Positions 11,350 to 25,352 of a DNA stretch of 64,000 nt are shown here, one piece after another. A model generated the notes under the pieces. It was not told the origin of the DNA. It searched no databases and saw nothing but the letters and a program-made list of their open reading frames with translations. A program made the position numbers and the translations under genes. Position 1 is the stretch's first letter. Every line of letters begins with the position of its first letter. This DNA comes from the human T2T-CHM13v2.0 reference genome, Homo sapiens. The stretch is from assembly GCF_009914755.1 (NCBI RefSeq), contig NC_060935.1. One strand, given 5' to 3'.

Positions 11350-12189
11350 TCACTTCTACCATCACCCCCTAATTTAATCCTCCTCCCAGTATCAGCACGT
11401 CTCTGAAATCAGTACCCTCATCTCCTCCACCCCGCTGTTAGCACCACCTTCGCCATCATCACCACCATCGCCAAGGCCAGCATCCTTACTATCATCACCT
11501 TTAGTAAGGTGACTGCTGTCAGCAAAATCGTCCTCTCCACGGGGTTTCCATTCACATCACCATCACTCTTTTTCAATGTTGGCACCACTACTGCCAATAT
11601 TATTCTATCCTCTCTTTTGCTGCAAAAGTGCCTAGCCAAGACTCATTCCGCTCTAGAGCTGTGGCCCCTCTGAGTCCTGAGGGAAGTAAGACCAGAGACT
11701 GTGGAAAACAGTCTGAAGGGATTTTTTGGCTCGTAGCATCAATTTGCCACGGGAACCAGGGGAGTCCCAGTCCAAGCCTGACTCAGAGAGAGACGCTGTC
11801 ACAGATTTGATACACCAAAATTCCCCCCCCTTGCTGTCTCAAGTCCATCCTCCTCAACAGTCAACATGGCAACCCTCTCCCTCCATGACAAGGCATAGAG
11901 AGTGGAGAGGTGGGGGTAGAGGGAATATCAGTAGGCGACAAGATTGATCAATCACTGCTGCAGCCTTTACCCTTTGCCCTTTGCCCTTTGTCCTGAGAGC
12001 TTTCTGACCTCTTTTTGTCCAAGAGCCTTGCACTGTCCTTTGAGATTCCAAAAGGGACAATATTAGTGTAGTCATCTCCAAAGACAGCCACTGTCAACTC
12101 CACCCTTCCCAGCGTGTGCTGCCATTTTGCCACCAACAGGTGGAGTTTACTTTCACTGCCATTGTTTCCCTGCTGGCCTTGTGACAGCT

Positions 12190-12632
12190 TTGACCTGTTA
12201 GAATGAAGCAGAAGTGGTGGTCTGGGACTTCAACGCCTCTTAAGGACCTTAAGAAGACCCATAACTTCTGCTTTCTTCCTCCCCGGAACATTCATTCTTG
12301 GAAAGCTCCCTCCTCTTGGAACCCTCATACGACGCTGTGAGAAGTTCAAGCCACATGGTAAGACCACACGAATGGGAACCAAGGTGCTCTGGTCCACACA
12401 GTCCCATCTGAGCTCACAGCCAACAGCCCACATTGACTGCCAGCCATGTAAGTGAGCAGACTCAGAAGTTCTAGCCCTTTCCAGGTCCCAAATGACTGCA
12501 ACCCCAGTGCCATCACGAGAAGCAGAACGGCCCGACTGAGCCCAGTCACTCAGAACTGGGAGAGGAGATAAAAAGGTCATTTAAATCACTAAGCTCTGGT
12601 GTGGTTTGTTAGGCAGCGATAGATAATGAAAA
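12190..12632 (+). mobile_element. MLT1-family (ERVL-MaLR) LTR
   Basis: Ends in tggtttgttaggcagcgatagataa; internal gccagccatgtaagtgagc and gactgagcccag phrases. Confidence 0.65.
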
Positions 12633-13117
12633 CCACCACACTTCTCGGCTCCTGACAACTTACAAACCTCTAGCAATATGCCAGACTGGGGAAAGCATGT
12701 TCTTCACCTTTTTCATTTAGATCCTATTGACAGGAGCTGTAACTGGCTGCAAGGTCTGGAGACAGATTTGCTTGGCATAAGTAGACAGTTAATTTAGGAA
12801 GGCGAGGGGCAAAAGGAAGCCATGGGACCTATGCAAGGTCATTCAGAACCTTCCTCCTTTGGATGTCAGCTAATGAGGAGGGAGCGAGTTTGGCCGATTT
12901 CCTAAGACGCTGTGATGGTTAGTAACAGGGTAATGTGGAATTATTTACATTGTATCCTAACAGCCTTCATTGGAAACATCATCCCCATCATCCTCTCCTT
13001 TAATGCCACTGTCATCCGCATTGCCAATGTTTGTGTCTTCAGTGTAGATACCAACACCATCATCCTTATCCTTACTACCATCTTCACTGTCAAGACCCTG
13101 ATCATCCTCACACTTCC

Positions 13118-13420
13118 TTTTTTTTCATTTTTCTTTTTTTATTTTTTTCCTGTTCTGTCACCCAGGCTGGAGTGCAGTGGCACCATCATGGCTCACTCCA
13201 GCCTCAACCTCCTGGACTCGATTGATCCTTCTATGTCAGCCTCCCAAGTAGCTGAGACCACAGGCACAGGCCACCACACCCCACTAATTTTTGTATTTTT
13301 TTGTAGAGATGAGGTTTCACCATGTTGCCCAGGCTGGTCTCGAACTCCCAGGCTCAAGCAAGCCACCAGCTTCAGCCTCCCAAAGTGCTGGAATTAGAGG
13401 GATAGCCACCGCCCCCAGCC
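13118..13420 (-). mobile_element. Alu (AluJ-like)
   Basis: Reverse-complement Alu dimer. Confidence 0.9.
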
Positions 13421-13659
13421 CCATCCTCACACATTCTGTACGTAGATGGCAACCAATAATACCACCACCACTACCACCACTACCTTGACCTCCATCCTCA
13501 GTCACAGCGGGCAGCTCTGGCCCACTGGAGAGCAGATCATCATAAAAAGCTATCACTGTAGCTGAACCAGAATGTCTGCAACCTGGACCATGCCTCCCCG
13601 GGAGCGATCCAGCGCTTCTCCAGGCTTGGAGGCTCCCTGCACCCAGAGCCCCTCCTTAC

Positions 13660-13949
13660 CTGGCCGAGTGTCGTTGCCACAGCTGGGGGCAGCAGTTTTG
13701 GAGAGCGAGCTTAAGCATAGAGGACACTTGGCTGCCCATCGGGGGCTTGGTGATGAAGACGGGGGTGGCAAAGAGGAAGATGAAAAATGCCAGGCCCACA
13801 CAGCCCACAGGGATGCTGTAGCCCAGCAGGAAGCTGATGTTCTGCTGAATAAACGCCACCACCAGCAGCGACAGCACAGCACCCAGGTTGATGCTCCAGT
13901 AAAACCAGTTGAAGAAGCGGCGGGTGGCGTCGCGGCCGAGATCCATCAC
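13660..13949 (-). CDS. SLC15A3: SLC15A3 exon 2
   Basis: GAATGGCAG/ ... /GTAAGG; VMDLGRDATRRFFNWFYWSINLGAVLS... contains the PTR2 signature FYWSINLG; 290 nt. Confidence 0.97.
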
Positions 13950-14295
13950 CTGCCATTCAGGAAGGGGTGACAGTGAGGGCCAAAGGGGTCCGGGGCACTC
14001 TCTGTACCCATACCCCTCCCTCCTACAGAGACACTTCTTGGGTCAGTGGGTGGTGGGCGTTCCGACACTTTCCCAGTCTCTGATCACAAACAGATGCTCA
14101 GTAAATATTTGCTGAGTGAATGAATGAATCCTTCTCTTGGGAGTCACTTGCTAAAGATCAGGACATTTGGCCCAGCTGCTTTTGCATACCCATGACACAC
14201 ACTGCTTTTTTATTGTCGCAGAGGAACACATACAACAGATGTCTCAGATGCCACTTGTTCATTTCTGGTTGATTTATCCCTTTGTTTTTCACTGA

Positions 14296-14606
<311 letters not shown>

Positions 14607-16181
14607 TATTCATTACTTTTATAATCAGAAAAAAGCCAATAAGATCTCAGTTTTATTGCACATTATTAAAAATGTTGTATGCATGTTACCGAAAGAACAG
14701 AAGTCTGAGCGAGAATTTCCTCTGCAGTTCGGAGAGGCAAGCAGAGAAGCCTACTGTGACCCATCCTTTCACCCCACTTTTGTCCCTCTGATATACAGCA
14801 GAGGTGGTCCCAGGCACAGCCCCAAGAGTGAGTTCTGGCCTGGTGAAAAAAACGTTTTTTTTCAGGCCTCCCAGCAAGGGCAGATGGGCTGAAAATCTTT
14901 ACCCAGAATTTGGATCAATCAGCAACAGCCAGGCCCCAGGCCCCTTCTGGTCTGTTGGCTCCAGTCAGCTGCACTAGCTGCTTCCAAATCTCCCAGGCCC
15001 AGGTCCCAGATTCTGACTCAGCAGGTCTGGGGCAGGACCTGGGCATCTGCATTTAAAAAAAAAGCAGTGAGGACTAGGGGCCATTTCGATGGAGAGAATA
15101 AATACTTCTCTACATTGCTAAACCAGTCACCCTTTCCATGCCCCTGCAAATCTCAGGATCCATTACTGCCTTTCAAGTAGAGATTTATATTTCCACTAGC
15201 TAGGGCGATTTTGTCAAACTTTACTTTCTGTAGTTGCATTGGGGAAAAGACAAGTATTTATTTTTCCTTTTTCAAATGTAAAATTATAGTCCACACAGAT
15301 GCACTTAAACCCGCATTCCATTGGAGATTCTGCGGGGTCCTCCTGGAAGTGGGGAGGGAGGGGCATACCAGCTCACTGATAATTCTCGCTCTAGACTTTC
15401 AAGCAGAAAATTGAATAGGTCCCATTAGAAGCAGCCACTTCCATTTATTAATTGGAAGTAAATGAATGTGACTATTGTAACTCTAAGGGGGAAGACCAGG
15501 CAGCCCATTCAGGATATAAATGAGTTCTTTTAGAATGAGCAGATGCTTTGTCGAGAGTGATGGATGGCCCTTTCTGAAATCAGCAAGTATGTGAAACACG
15601 CAGCTCCTGGGGTATAGCTGTTGCCAGATGGTGCCAGTCCCACCCACCCCCACATCCCCATCTGACTGCCCCCCTGAATTCTGCAGCCGCTTCCTGCCTG
15701 TTGTGAAGTACCCACTCTTGTTAACCCATATGCTGTCTACACTGCAGCCGGAGCCATTTTTGAAGAGCTCAAATCCAGTGATGTCCATTCCTGCCTCAAA
15801 TCATTTTGGTGTTTCTGCACTGTCCTAGGGATCAGGTCCCGACTTCATGAGGCCTTGTGGCCTGCCTTTGCTCCACCCAAAGTTCGTGCCCAGCCAAGGG
15901 GAGAGCGTACAGGAGCTTCTGGCCCTGTTGATGCCACGGGAGGCTCTGCTCAGTGGCCTGGCCTCCAGAAGATCAGTTTTGCCACAGGGGGTACTAGATG
16001 GGTGAGGCTCTCTGGAGGTCAATAGGGTCAATGACACAGGTTAAGGGTACTGGGTTGGGGGTGCTAGTGGGATGTCAATGAAATAATAGGATTAAAGGAA
16101 GATGAGAGATTCCCATTGACAAATATTGGGGGTCTCTAGGTCAGAAAGAATGTCAACAAGAAGTAAGAAACGGTCAGGGCT

Positions 16182-16462
16182 GGCCGGTCGCAGTGGCTCA
16201 CGCCTGTAATCCCAGCACTTTGGGAGGCTGAGGCAGGTGGATCACCTGAGGTCAGGAGTCAAGACCAGCCTGGCCAACATGGCGAAACCACATCTCTCCT
16301 AAAAAAATACAAAAACTAGCCAGCGTGGTAGCGGGCACCTATAATCCCAGCTACTTGGGAGGCTGAGGCAGGGAGAATTGCTTGAGCCCGGGAGGTGGAG
16401 GTTGCAGTGATCTGAGATCGCACCTCTGCACTCCAGCGTAGGCAACAGAGCGAGACTCCGTC
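16182..16462 (+). mobile_element. Alu (AluS-like)
   Basis: Dimer; degenerate TSD aaga(a/g)a(c/t)gg(t/c)cagggct. Confidence 0.93.
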
Positions 16463-16629
16463 AAAAGAAAGGAAGAAAGAAAGGAAAGAAGGAAAGAAAG
16501 AGAAAGAAAGAGAGAGAGAGAAAGAGAAAGAAAGGAAGAAAGAAAGAAAGAAGGAAAGAAAGAAAGAAAGAAAGAGAAAGAAAGAGAGAGAGAGAAAGAG
16601 AAAGAAAGGAAGAAAGAAAGAAAGAAGGA

Positions 16630-16693
<64 letters not shown>

Positions 16694-16702
16694 AAAGAAA
16701 AG
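16463..16702. repeat. Complex (GAAA)n/(GA)n microsatellite derived from the Alu tail
   Basis: 240 bp of pure purine on the + strand. Confidence 0.97.
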
Positions 16703-17204
16703 AGATGGCCAGGGCTGGCCTGGGGGCATGAAGTCATCATCAAAGGATCCTAAACAAGCTGGACAAGTGACTCCTTGTCAAGGACACTGGAAACTGCTAG
16801 GTGCTGAATTGTGGGTGCCAATTGGATGAAACGATCCTTTTGAAAAATGTCCCCTTTATGAGTATAATATGTGCAATCAAAGAACATTTGATAAACTGAG
16901 ACAAGAAGAAAGTGCAATTAGTCCAGTGGCCTGATCATACCACTGTGACAATCTTTTTCCAGTTTCCTTTCGTTGACACCTCGTCTTTCCACATGGCTGC
17001 AGTCCTATCTGTATGCAGTCCTGCCTCCTGCTTTTGCTCATTTACACCATATGTGGTTATTTTAATAATATTACATTTTAGTCTAAATTATTGTCTAATA
17101 TCCCACTGGGAACAGCTATCAAAATATAGCCGTGTTGTTGGGCATTTACTCATTCATTTAGCAAATACTTATTAAATTTCTTCTACGTGCCATGCTCTGT
17201 TCAA

Positions 17205-17620
17205 GGGGGAACGGAGAAAGGCTCAGAGGTTGAGCTAAGGGAGAAGACCAGGCAGCCCATTCAGGATATAAATGAGTTCTTGCCCATGTGGCTCCAGCTA
17301 GTGAAAGGCAGAGCTGGGATCTGAGCAAGTCGGCCTGACAGCCTCTAGCACTGCTGGTAGGAAGAAGCTGGCTTGCTCCTGCCCTGCCCGCACATCCCCA
17401 TAACACACAGAGAGGAGGTTCATGGTGGGACCTGGAGTCCAGCTGCCTTTACTCGGCTCCTCGACCCTCCATGTCACCTTGGGCAAGTTGATTAATGCCA
17501 TGAAACCTCTCAGTGTCTTTCTCTGTAAAATGGGCATAATAATTCCTACTTCCTGGGTGGTGAAGAGTATTAAATCAGTTAAACAGTGAAAGTGCTTAGC
17601 ATAGGGCCTGCAAGTAGCTC
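17205..17620. mobile_element. Two MIR fragments (the first is interrupted by a 47-bp insertion)
   Basis: ggctcagaggttgag..ttgccc..cagctagtgaaaggcagagctgggat; tgtcaccttgggcaagtt..ctcagtgtctttctctgtaaaatggg. Confidence 0.7.
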
Positions 17621-17634
17621 AAAAAAGACCAACC

Positions 17635-18010
<376 letters not shown>

Positions 18011-18079
18011 TCAGGAAACTAGTGCAGGCAGGGGACCTGGTTTGTCCCAGGTCACGCTGGGGGCCAGCCCTCCTTCCCT

Positions 18080-18790
18080 CCACACCCGCCGGAGTATGCC
18101 GGGGCAGGCCTCCTGCCACTCACCTGGTCGGCACCGAAGGAGGTGAGGTTGCTCCGGACGGAGCTGGCGGCCAGGCCGAGTAGCAGCAGGCCCGCGTAGA
18201 GGACGGGCGCGCAGTAGGGGCTGGGCGAGGAGCGCGGGCAGCCGGCCGAGGGGCAGGCAGGTCCCAGCGGCGACGCGGGCATCTCTCCGCAGAAGGAGCT
18301 GCGGCCGTCGGGGAAGGCGGTGGCGGGCAGCAGGCCCGAGGCGGCCAGGTAGAGCAGCAGGCTGAGCGCGACCGCGCGGTAGCGGCCCAGGTACACGTCG
18401 GCCAGCCAGCCGCCCACGGGCGCCAGCAGGTAGGAGGCGCCCAGGAATACCAGCGCGGCGCGCGTCGCCTGCTCGCCGGTCCAGTTGAAGTTGGTGCTGT
18501 TGAGGTACAGCACGAGGTTGGCGGTGACGCCGAAGAAGGCGGCGCGCTCCAGCATCTCCACCAGCAGCACGGCCGCGCCCGCCGCCCGCCGCCACCGTCG
18601 AGGGCCCCGCGCACCGCGAGGCAGCAGCGGCTGGCGCTCCCCGGGCACGCGGGGCTGCTCCCGGGCGCGCGGCGCGGGCATCCTGGCTCCGGGCTGGGCC
18701 CCCCGCGGCTCTTCTCTCCTCTCCTCTCCCCGCCTCAGAGCCCTGCACTCCTGCCCCCGGGCCTCGGCCCTCTCCCCCACCCAACTGGCT
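18080..18790. promoter_or_regulatory. CpG island over SLC15A3 exon 1
   Basis: Very GC-rich and CpG-dense compared with the flanks. Confidence 0.85.
18124..18681 (-). CDS. SLC15A3: SLC15A3 exon 1 coding part (proton-coupled peptide/histidine transporter PHT2)
   Basis: ATG at 18681 (MPAPRAREQP), lysosomal dileucine motif ERQPLL, POT motif EMLERAAFFG, ends FGADQ /GTGAGT; the 8 exons sum to 1746 nt = 581 aa + stop. Confidence 0.97.
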
Positions 18791-19522
18791 GGCCCTCCTT
18801 TCTCACCGCTTTGGCCCACCCTTCCCTCCTGTCCCCTCTCCCTTTCTTGCCCTACCCTTCCTGTCCCTCCGCTCACTACCCGGACTCTACCACCTCCTCC
18901 CTAATTCTCAACTCCCCTCTCCCTTCCCCCACCCCTAAGGCTTCCTCCCCGCGCCTCTCCTGCAGCTGTTTCTCCCTAACTCTCCCCTCTCCTCCCTCCA
19001 CCTTGACCCTTCCTCGCACTCTTGTTCACACTGCGACCCTCCCTGCTTCACTTCGCTGCCCCTCCGCCTCCCTTTCCCCTCCCCGTTTGTCGCCCCTTCC
19101 TGTTGTCCCCTCTCCTTATGACTCCTGGCCTGCCCTGGGCGTGGGGTGGGGGCTCCCTCTGCCCCAGTCACCCTGCTGCCCCTTGCCGTCTTCTCCACCT
19201 CCTCCCTGTCCCCCTCACCCCCACTGCCTACACTCCCCTCTCAGTCCCCTGCAGCCCTCCCCCCAGGCTCAGCCTCTGTCCCTCTCTCGGCTTCTTGAGA
19301 AACTCTGGGCTCCCCTCGCTTCCCCTTTCACAGGCCCTATCCGCAGTCCCCTGCCTGCATCACATGGCGCTACTGGGTGTTTAGGAGAAGTGAAAGCCTG
19401 GGTCACAGGGCTCCTGCCCGGTCAGCTTTCTAAAAACCTCCCTCCTTCTCTACCTCTGCCTCCTACCCCAAACCCCCGCTGCTGGCCTCCTTAGAGCCAA
19501 AAAATTCCAGGAGGAATTTTTT

Positions 19523-19538
19523 CTTTCAGTTTCATTTC
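19523..19538 (-). promoter_or_regulatory. Tandem ISRE/IRF element upstream of SLC15A3
   Basis: Minus strand GAAATGAAACTGAAAG: three GAAA half-sites, matching GAAANNGAAA. Confidence 0.65.
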
Positions 19539-19949
19539 TCGCCAGGATTCCACTTTTGCTTTACCCTCTTCCAATCAAACTCCACGCCTCCACCCGAGGC
19601 GCCACGGGTAGAAAGAAGTGGAAAGGCTACCTGCATCATTTGGTCACACTCAGCCATTTCACAGATGCAGAGACAGACCCAGTGGGGCTAGGGCAGGAAG
19701 GTGGAGAAAGATTGGTTCCTGGTAACTGAACTAGGGGTGAAGCCCTGCCCCGGGCTCCTGAGTGGCAGGGAAATTCACAGCGCAATTCGGATTGCACAGA
19801 GGCTGCTGTGAGGAAGGAAGTGGGGCACTTTCAACAAGCCTGCGGGCCATAGAGGACCACAAGTGAGTCGGGATTGAGAGGGACACCGACCTCAGACTAA
19901 ATCAGAGTCAGCCTCAGAACTCCTAAGCACCAGCCCCACCCTGACCTAG

Positions 19950-20412
19950 GAGCCCGGGGGATCTGGCCTCTGCTCTCCTCTGATCTCATCTCAGCCCCAT
20001 GTTCACTCAAGTCCAGCCAGCCGGCCTCCCAGGTTCCCCTTCCATGCTAAGCTCCTCCCTGCCTCAGGGCCTTTGTCTTTGCTGACCCCTCTGCCATAAC
20101 TGCTCTCCCTCCATATCCTTGCATGGCTGGCTGCTTCTCTTTATTGAGGTTTCAGCATATATGTCTCCTTTGTAGGGACCTTCCCTGATTTTCCCATCTA
20201 AGTAGTTTCCTACTGGATTCTCAGCATCCCCCATCACATTGTCTTGTTTTAATGTCTTCAGAGCACATATTACTTGTTCAGTTAGCACCAGTAGAATAGG
20301 CCCTCCATCAGATCAGAGACCTTTTCTAACTCTTCACTGTTTTATTCTCAATGGCTTCCCAGTGCTTGGCAAATAGTAGGTGCTCAATAAGTATTGCCTG
20401 AATCAATGAATG
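19950..20412 (+). mobile_element. L2 3' end
   Basis: cctcagggcctttg... cccagtgcttggcaaatagtaggtgctcaataagtattgcctgaatcaatgaatg. Confidence 0.75.
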
Positions 20413-20545
20413 GAAAGAGTGTCCCAAGGCAAAATTTGTAAGAATAATAATATCAGGAAAGCTAAAGCTAAATAAACTGAGTCTCACAAAAGCTATAGAT
20501 ACCAGCAAAAAAAGCACTATAGATACCAGCAAAAAAGCGAGGGAT

Positions 20546-20851
20546 TTTTTGTTGTTGTTGTTTGTTTGTATGTTTGTTTTGAGACGAAGTCTCACTCTGT
20601 CGCCCAGGCTGCCATGCAGTGGCACAATCTCGGCTCACTGCAACCTCCACTTCCTGAGTTCAAGCAATTCTCCTGCCTCAGCCTTCTGAGTAGCTGGGAT
20701 TACAAGCGCGTGCCATCACGCCTGGCTAATTTTTGTATTTTCAGTAGAGATGGGATTTCACCATGTTGGTCAGGCTAGTCTCAAACTCCTGACCTCATGA
20801 TCCACCTGCTTCGGCCTCCCAAAGTCCTGGGATTACAGTTGTGGGCCACTG
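20546..20851 (-). mobile_element. Alu
   Basis: Reverse-complement dimer. Confidence 0.92.
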
Positions 20852-21233
20852 TAAGTTTTTAACATGTTAGAGAAGCCAGGCCAAGAGGATGGTGAGAAAG
20901 CAGAGCCCTCCATCCCAGGTCTTCCTGCAGTCACTGCAGTCAGGACCATGTGCTCTCGTGAGGTGGGCAGAGCCTGGAGGAGAGAAGAGGAGACTTCAAT
21001 GGAGCTGCACCATCCCTCGACTTGGAGGAAGCTTAGGTCATCAGCTGTGACGGTATGGTGACGAAGTTCAGATCACATCAGATCCAGCTCCTTCCTCTCT
21101 TGGCAAGATCACTAGGCTGGCAGATGAGCTCAGACTTAGCCCAGAGAGCTGAGTCTTACCCAGAGAGCTGAGAGAGTGCTGGCCTGCCATCGGTGATGTT
21201 CAGCGGGTGGTAGATGAAGGGAAAGGCTTCTAA

Positions 21234-21612
<379 letters not shown>

Positions 21613-21942
21613 CGTCTTTCTTACTGCCCAGCCTCCATCTCCAAGGTACCAGGGGGCCAGGTGCTGGGCTGGTTCACTGGGGAAAGTCCTGGGGACACAT
21701 TTAGCTGGGGAGAAGGTAGGGGTGACTTGCCTCTTGCAGATAGGGGAAGTAATGTTCCAAAAGCGGACATGACTGTCACCCAGGGCACGAGTCACAACAC
21801 TGATGACCAGTGGGAGGGAGCTGGAGAGCAGAATCTTAGAACTGAGGAGCCCCAGAGCTGGTGGGCCATGGCCGTGACCCACAGGTCTATGTGGTTTGGC
21901 TCTGATAGTGTTTAGTTACATGGTGTTTAGTTTTTGTTGTAG

Positions 21943-22306
<364 letters not shown>

Positions 22307-22328
22307 TGAAGTTTTAGTTATCTCCTTA

Positions 22329-22724
<396 letters not shown>

Positions 22725-24604
22725 TCACAGAGAGCCAAGGGCAGCAACACTGTCTGGTGTGGTGACATGCTGAAGTGTCCCTGCAGATGCCTTGGTTGGA
22801 GGCTGGTGAAAATGAGCCTTTTTACCTGTGCATCTAACACAGCTACTGTTGAGTGTGAGAAGCACAGGGGCTGCGTCATCAGCGAGCTTTCTTAGAGAGA
22901 TCACAATGAGGATGTTAGGTGAAGTGGCTTCTCGAGTCTCCTAGATTCTCCTGATGGCACTCTGCCAGGGCAGGGTGAGAGACGTCAGATTTTAGGAAGT
23001 TCAAAAGTAGGACTTGACTAACCACTTAGGCCCCCAGCTCTACCTTTTAAAACCCAGCACAATTACTTTATGTGGTTGAAGAAAATGAAGCAATGAAACC
23101 TTGATCCAACTTTCACTCTCCAGGTACAATTTCTTAGTAATGCACTGGCACCATCCTGCTGTGTTGCCCACAGGTTTTATAGTTCACAGGTGAGCATCAA
23201 ATACACACAGCCTCATCAAGACTGTGCAAGCAGGACCAAGAGGTGGCCCCTGCAGTTGAGGCAAGGTTATCCCCCAGATCTAGCCAAGGCCTGCCTCACA
23301 CCTTCAGAACAATTTAGATTTCTCTTATACCTGGCCAACCCACTCTCTACACCTGTAGGGTGATCCTGGGCTTGACAATAGGTGAAAATTAAAAAATTGA
23401 GCCACCTGGATAAAAGCATAATAGCCACAGATTGAGGAGAGGCAAAGTAGAGGGAAGGACAGTGACAGTCTGGGGAATTTTTTGACTGCTATGCAGGCAT
23501 TCATCCACAGCAGCTTCTTATGCTGCAGTGACCAATCCTAACATCCTGCTCACTCCAGGGTGGTCAGTCCCAGCATGCCCTGGTGTGTAGCAGGTGCACC
23601 AGGAATTGCAGGTAACCTACCGCTGAATTGTCCACACATCATTCCCATTCCCAATGGAGACAAGTGGCTGCCCGTGGAATATCATTTACTTGTGGCAGGA
23701 CAAGGTTGAGAACTGATGTTTGGCCCCATCCCCATGACTACAAGGACAGCCCGGTGCCTTGAAAGGAGTAGGACAGAGCAGACACCTTTCCAAGCCGATG
23801 GGGCCAGAATGAATCAGCAGCACATTCCCAGGGCCACAGCTTAGGATGAGACATAGACTGTGGACTGGCTTGTGGAAGGCCATGGCCCCCAGTGGGGAGG
23901 ATGACAGTAGAGGATACACCCTCATATTGTCTTCCCTGTCCCTTAGCACCCAGGAGGAGTGAGGCCATCCACAGACTGGGATCTGGAGGGGGAGGCAACA
24001 TTTTGCCAAAGATAGTTTTTTCTTCTTACATCATTTTATTAAGTGTTCATTCTCACCCACCTTTTAGAAAATGGATTGCAGTCATGCCTGCCCCCTGTTG
24101 CAGATATCCCCAAGGGTCCTGCCCCTAAGTTCCATTGATGTTGCCTGGTCATTCTGTTTTGTGTCCACCCATCTCTCTCTCACCCCCACAACACTGCCCC
24201 TGTTTGGGCAGCCAGCATTCCCTTCCTGAACCACTGCAGTAGGACCTTTCGGTTCACGTTCAGCACTGAAGCCAGCGTGCTTGAAACCCTGAAAGGGCAC
24301 CCTCTGGTTCTGGATTCTCTAGGACAAAGTCTCAACTTCTTTGTCCAACTTTGCAGGCCCTCCAGGATTAACCCCTTCCGGACCAACTCCCAAGTTCATC
24401 TCTGACTGCTCTCTCTCCATGTCTCCTGCTCCCACCCTGCCTTCAGCCATGGTCAGCTTCCAGCCGCCTTTCATCTGGAACTTGGCACATGCTGCTCCTC
24501 TAGCCTAGAACTTTCTATGACTCATGAATACTGATCCCTCAGGACTTGACCCAGATGTAACCTCTTCTGAGTAGTCTCCCCTGATTTTTCAAGGCTGGGA
24601 TCCT

Positions 24605-25352
24605 GGGTTAGTCTGTTCTTGCATGGCCGTAAAGAAATACTTGAGGCTGAGTAATTATAAAGAAAAGAAAAGAGGTGCTGGGCGTGGTGGCTCATGCCTG
24701 TGATCTCAGCACTTTGGGAGGCCGAAGCGGGTAGATCACTAGGTCAGGAGTTCACAACCAGCCTGGCCAACATGGTGAAACCCCATCTCTACTAAAAATA
24801 CAAAAACTAGCCGGGTGTGGTGGCGGGCACCTGTAATCCCAGCTACTCAGGAGACTGAGGCAGGAGAACTGCTTGAACCTGGGAGGTGGAAGTTACAGTG
24901 AGCCAAGATTGTGCTACTGCACTCCAGCCTGGGAGACAGAGCAAAACTCTGTCTCAAAAAAAAAAAAAAAAGAAGAAGAAGAAGAAAAAGAAAAGAGGTT
25001 TAATTGGCTCATGGTTCTGCAGGCTGCATAAGAAGCATAGTGCCAGCATCTGCTTCTGGTGAGGCCTCAGGAAGCTTGCAATCATGATGGAAGGCAAAGG
25101 GGAGCCAGCATGTCACATGGCGACAAAGAGAACAAGAGAGAGAAGGGGGAGACCCCAGAGTCTTTTAAACAACCAGATCTCCCATAAACTAACAGAGCAA
25201 GAACTCCCTATTACCATAAGGGATGGGGATGGTGATGAGCCATTCATAAGGATCTGCTACAACGATCAAATCACCTCCTGTCAGACCCCACCTCCAAAAC
25301 TAGGGATTACATTTCAGCATGAGATTGAGGGGACAAACATCCAGCCTATAAC
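24605..25352 (-). mobile_element. MST-family (MaLR) solo LTR interrupted by an Alu (24677-~24990)
   Basis: ttagtctgttcttgc...ggctcatggttctgcaggctg...gggattacatttcagcatgagatt; Alu flanked by TSD aagaaaagaggt. Confidence 0.85.

Noticed and set aside
16316-16743. Phe/Leu/Ser-rich membrane-like ORFs
   Set aside because: Translation of the (GAAA)n microsatellite and the adjacent Alu.
18011-19494. Long overlapping ORFs (257, 164, 139 and 227 aa) around SLC15A3 exon 1
   Set aside because: Alternative-frame, antisense or low-complexity ORFs expected in very GC-rich or pyrimidine-rich DNA; no recognisable domains.
20493-20538. 24-bp tandem duplication ctatagataccagcaaaaaa
   Set aside because: Ordinary slippage duplication; two units without spacers, nothing CRISPR-like.
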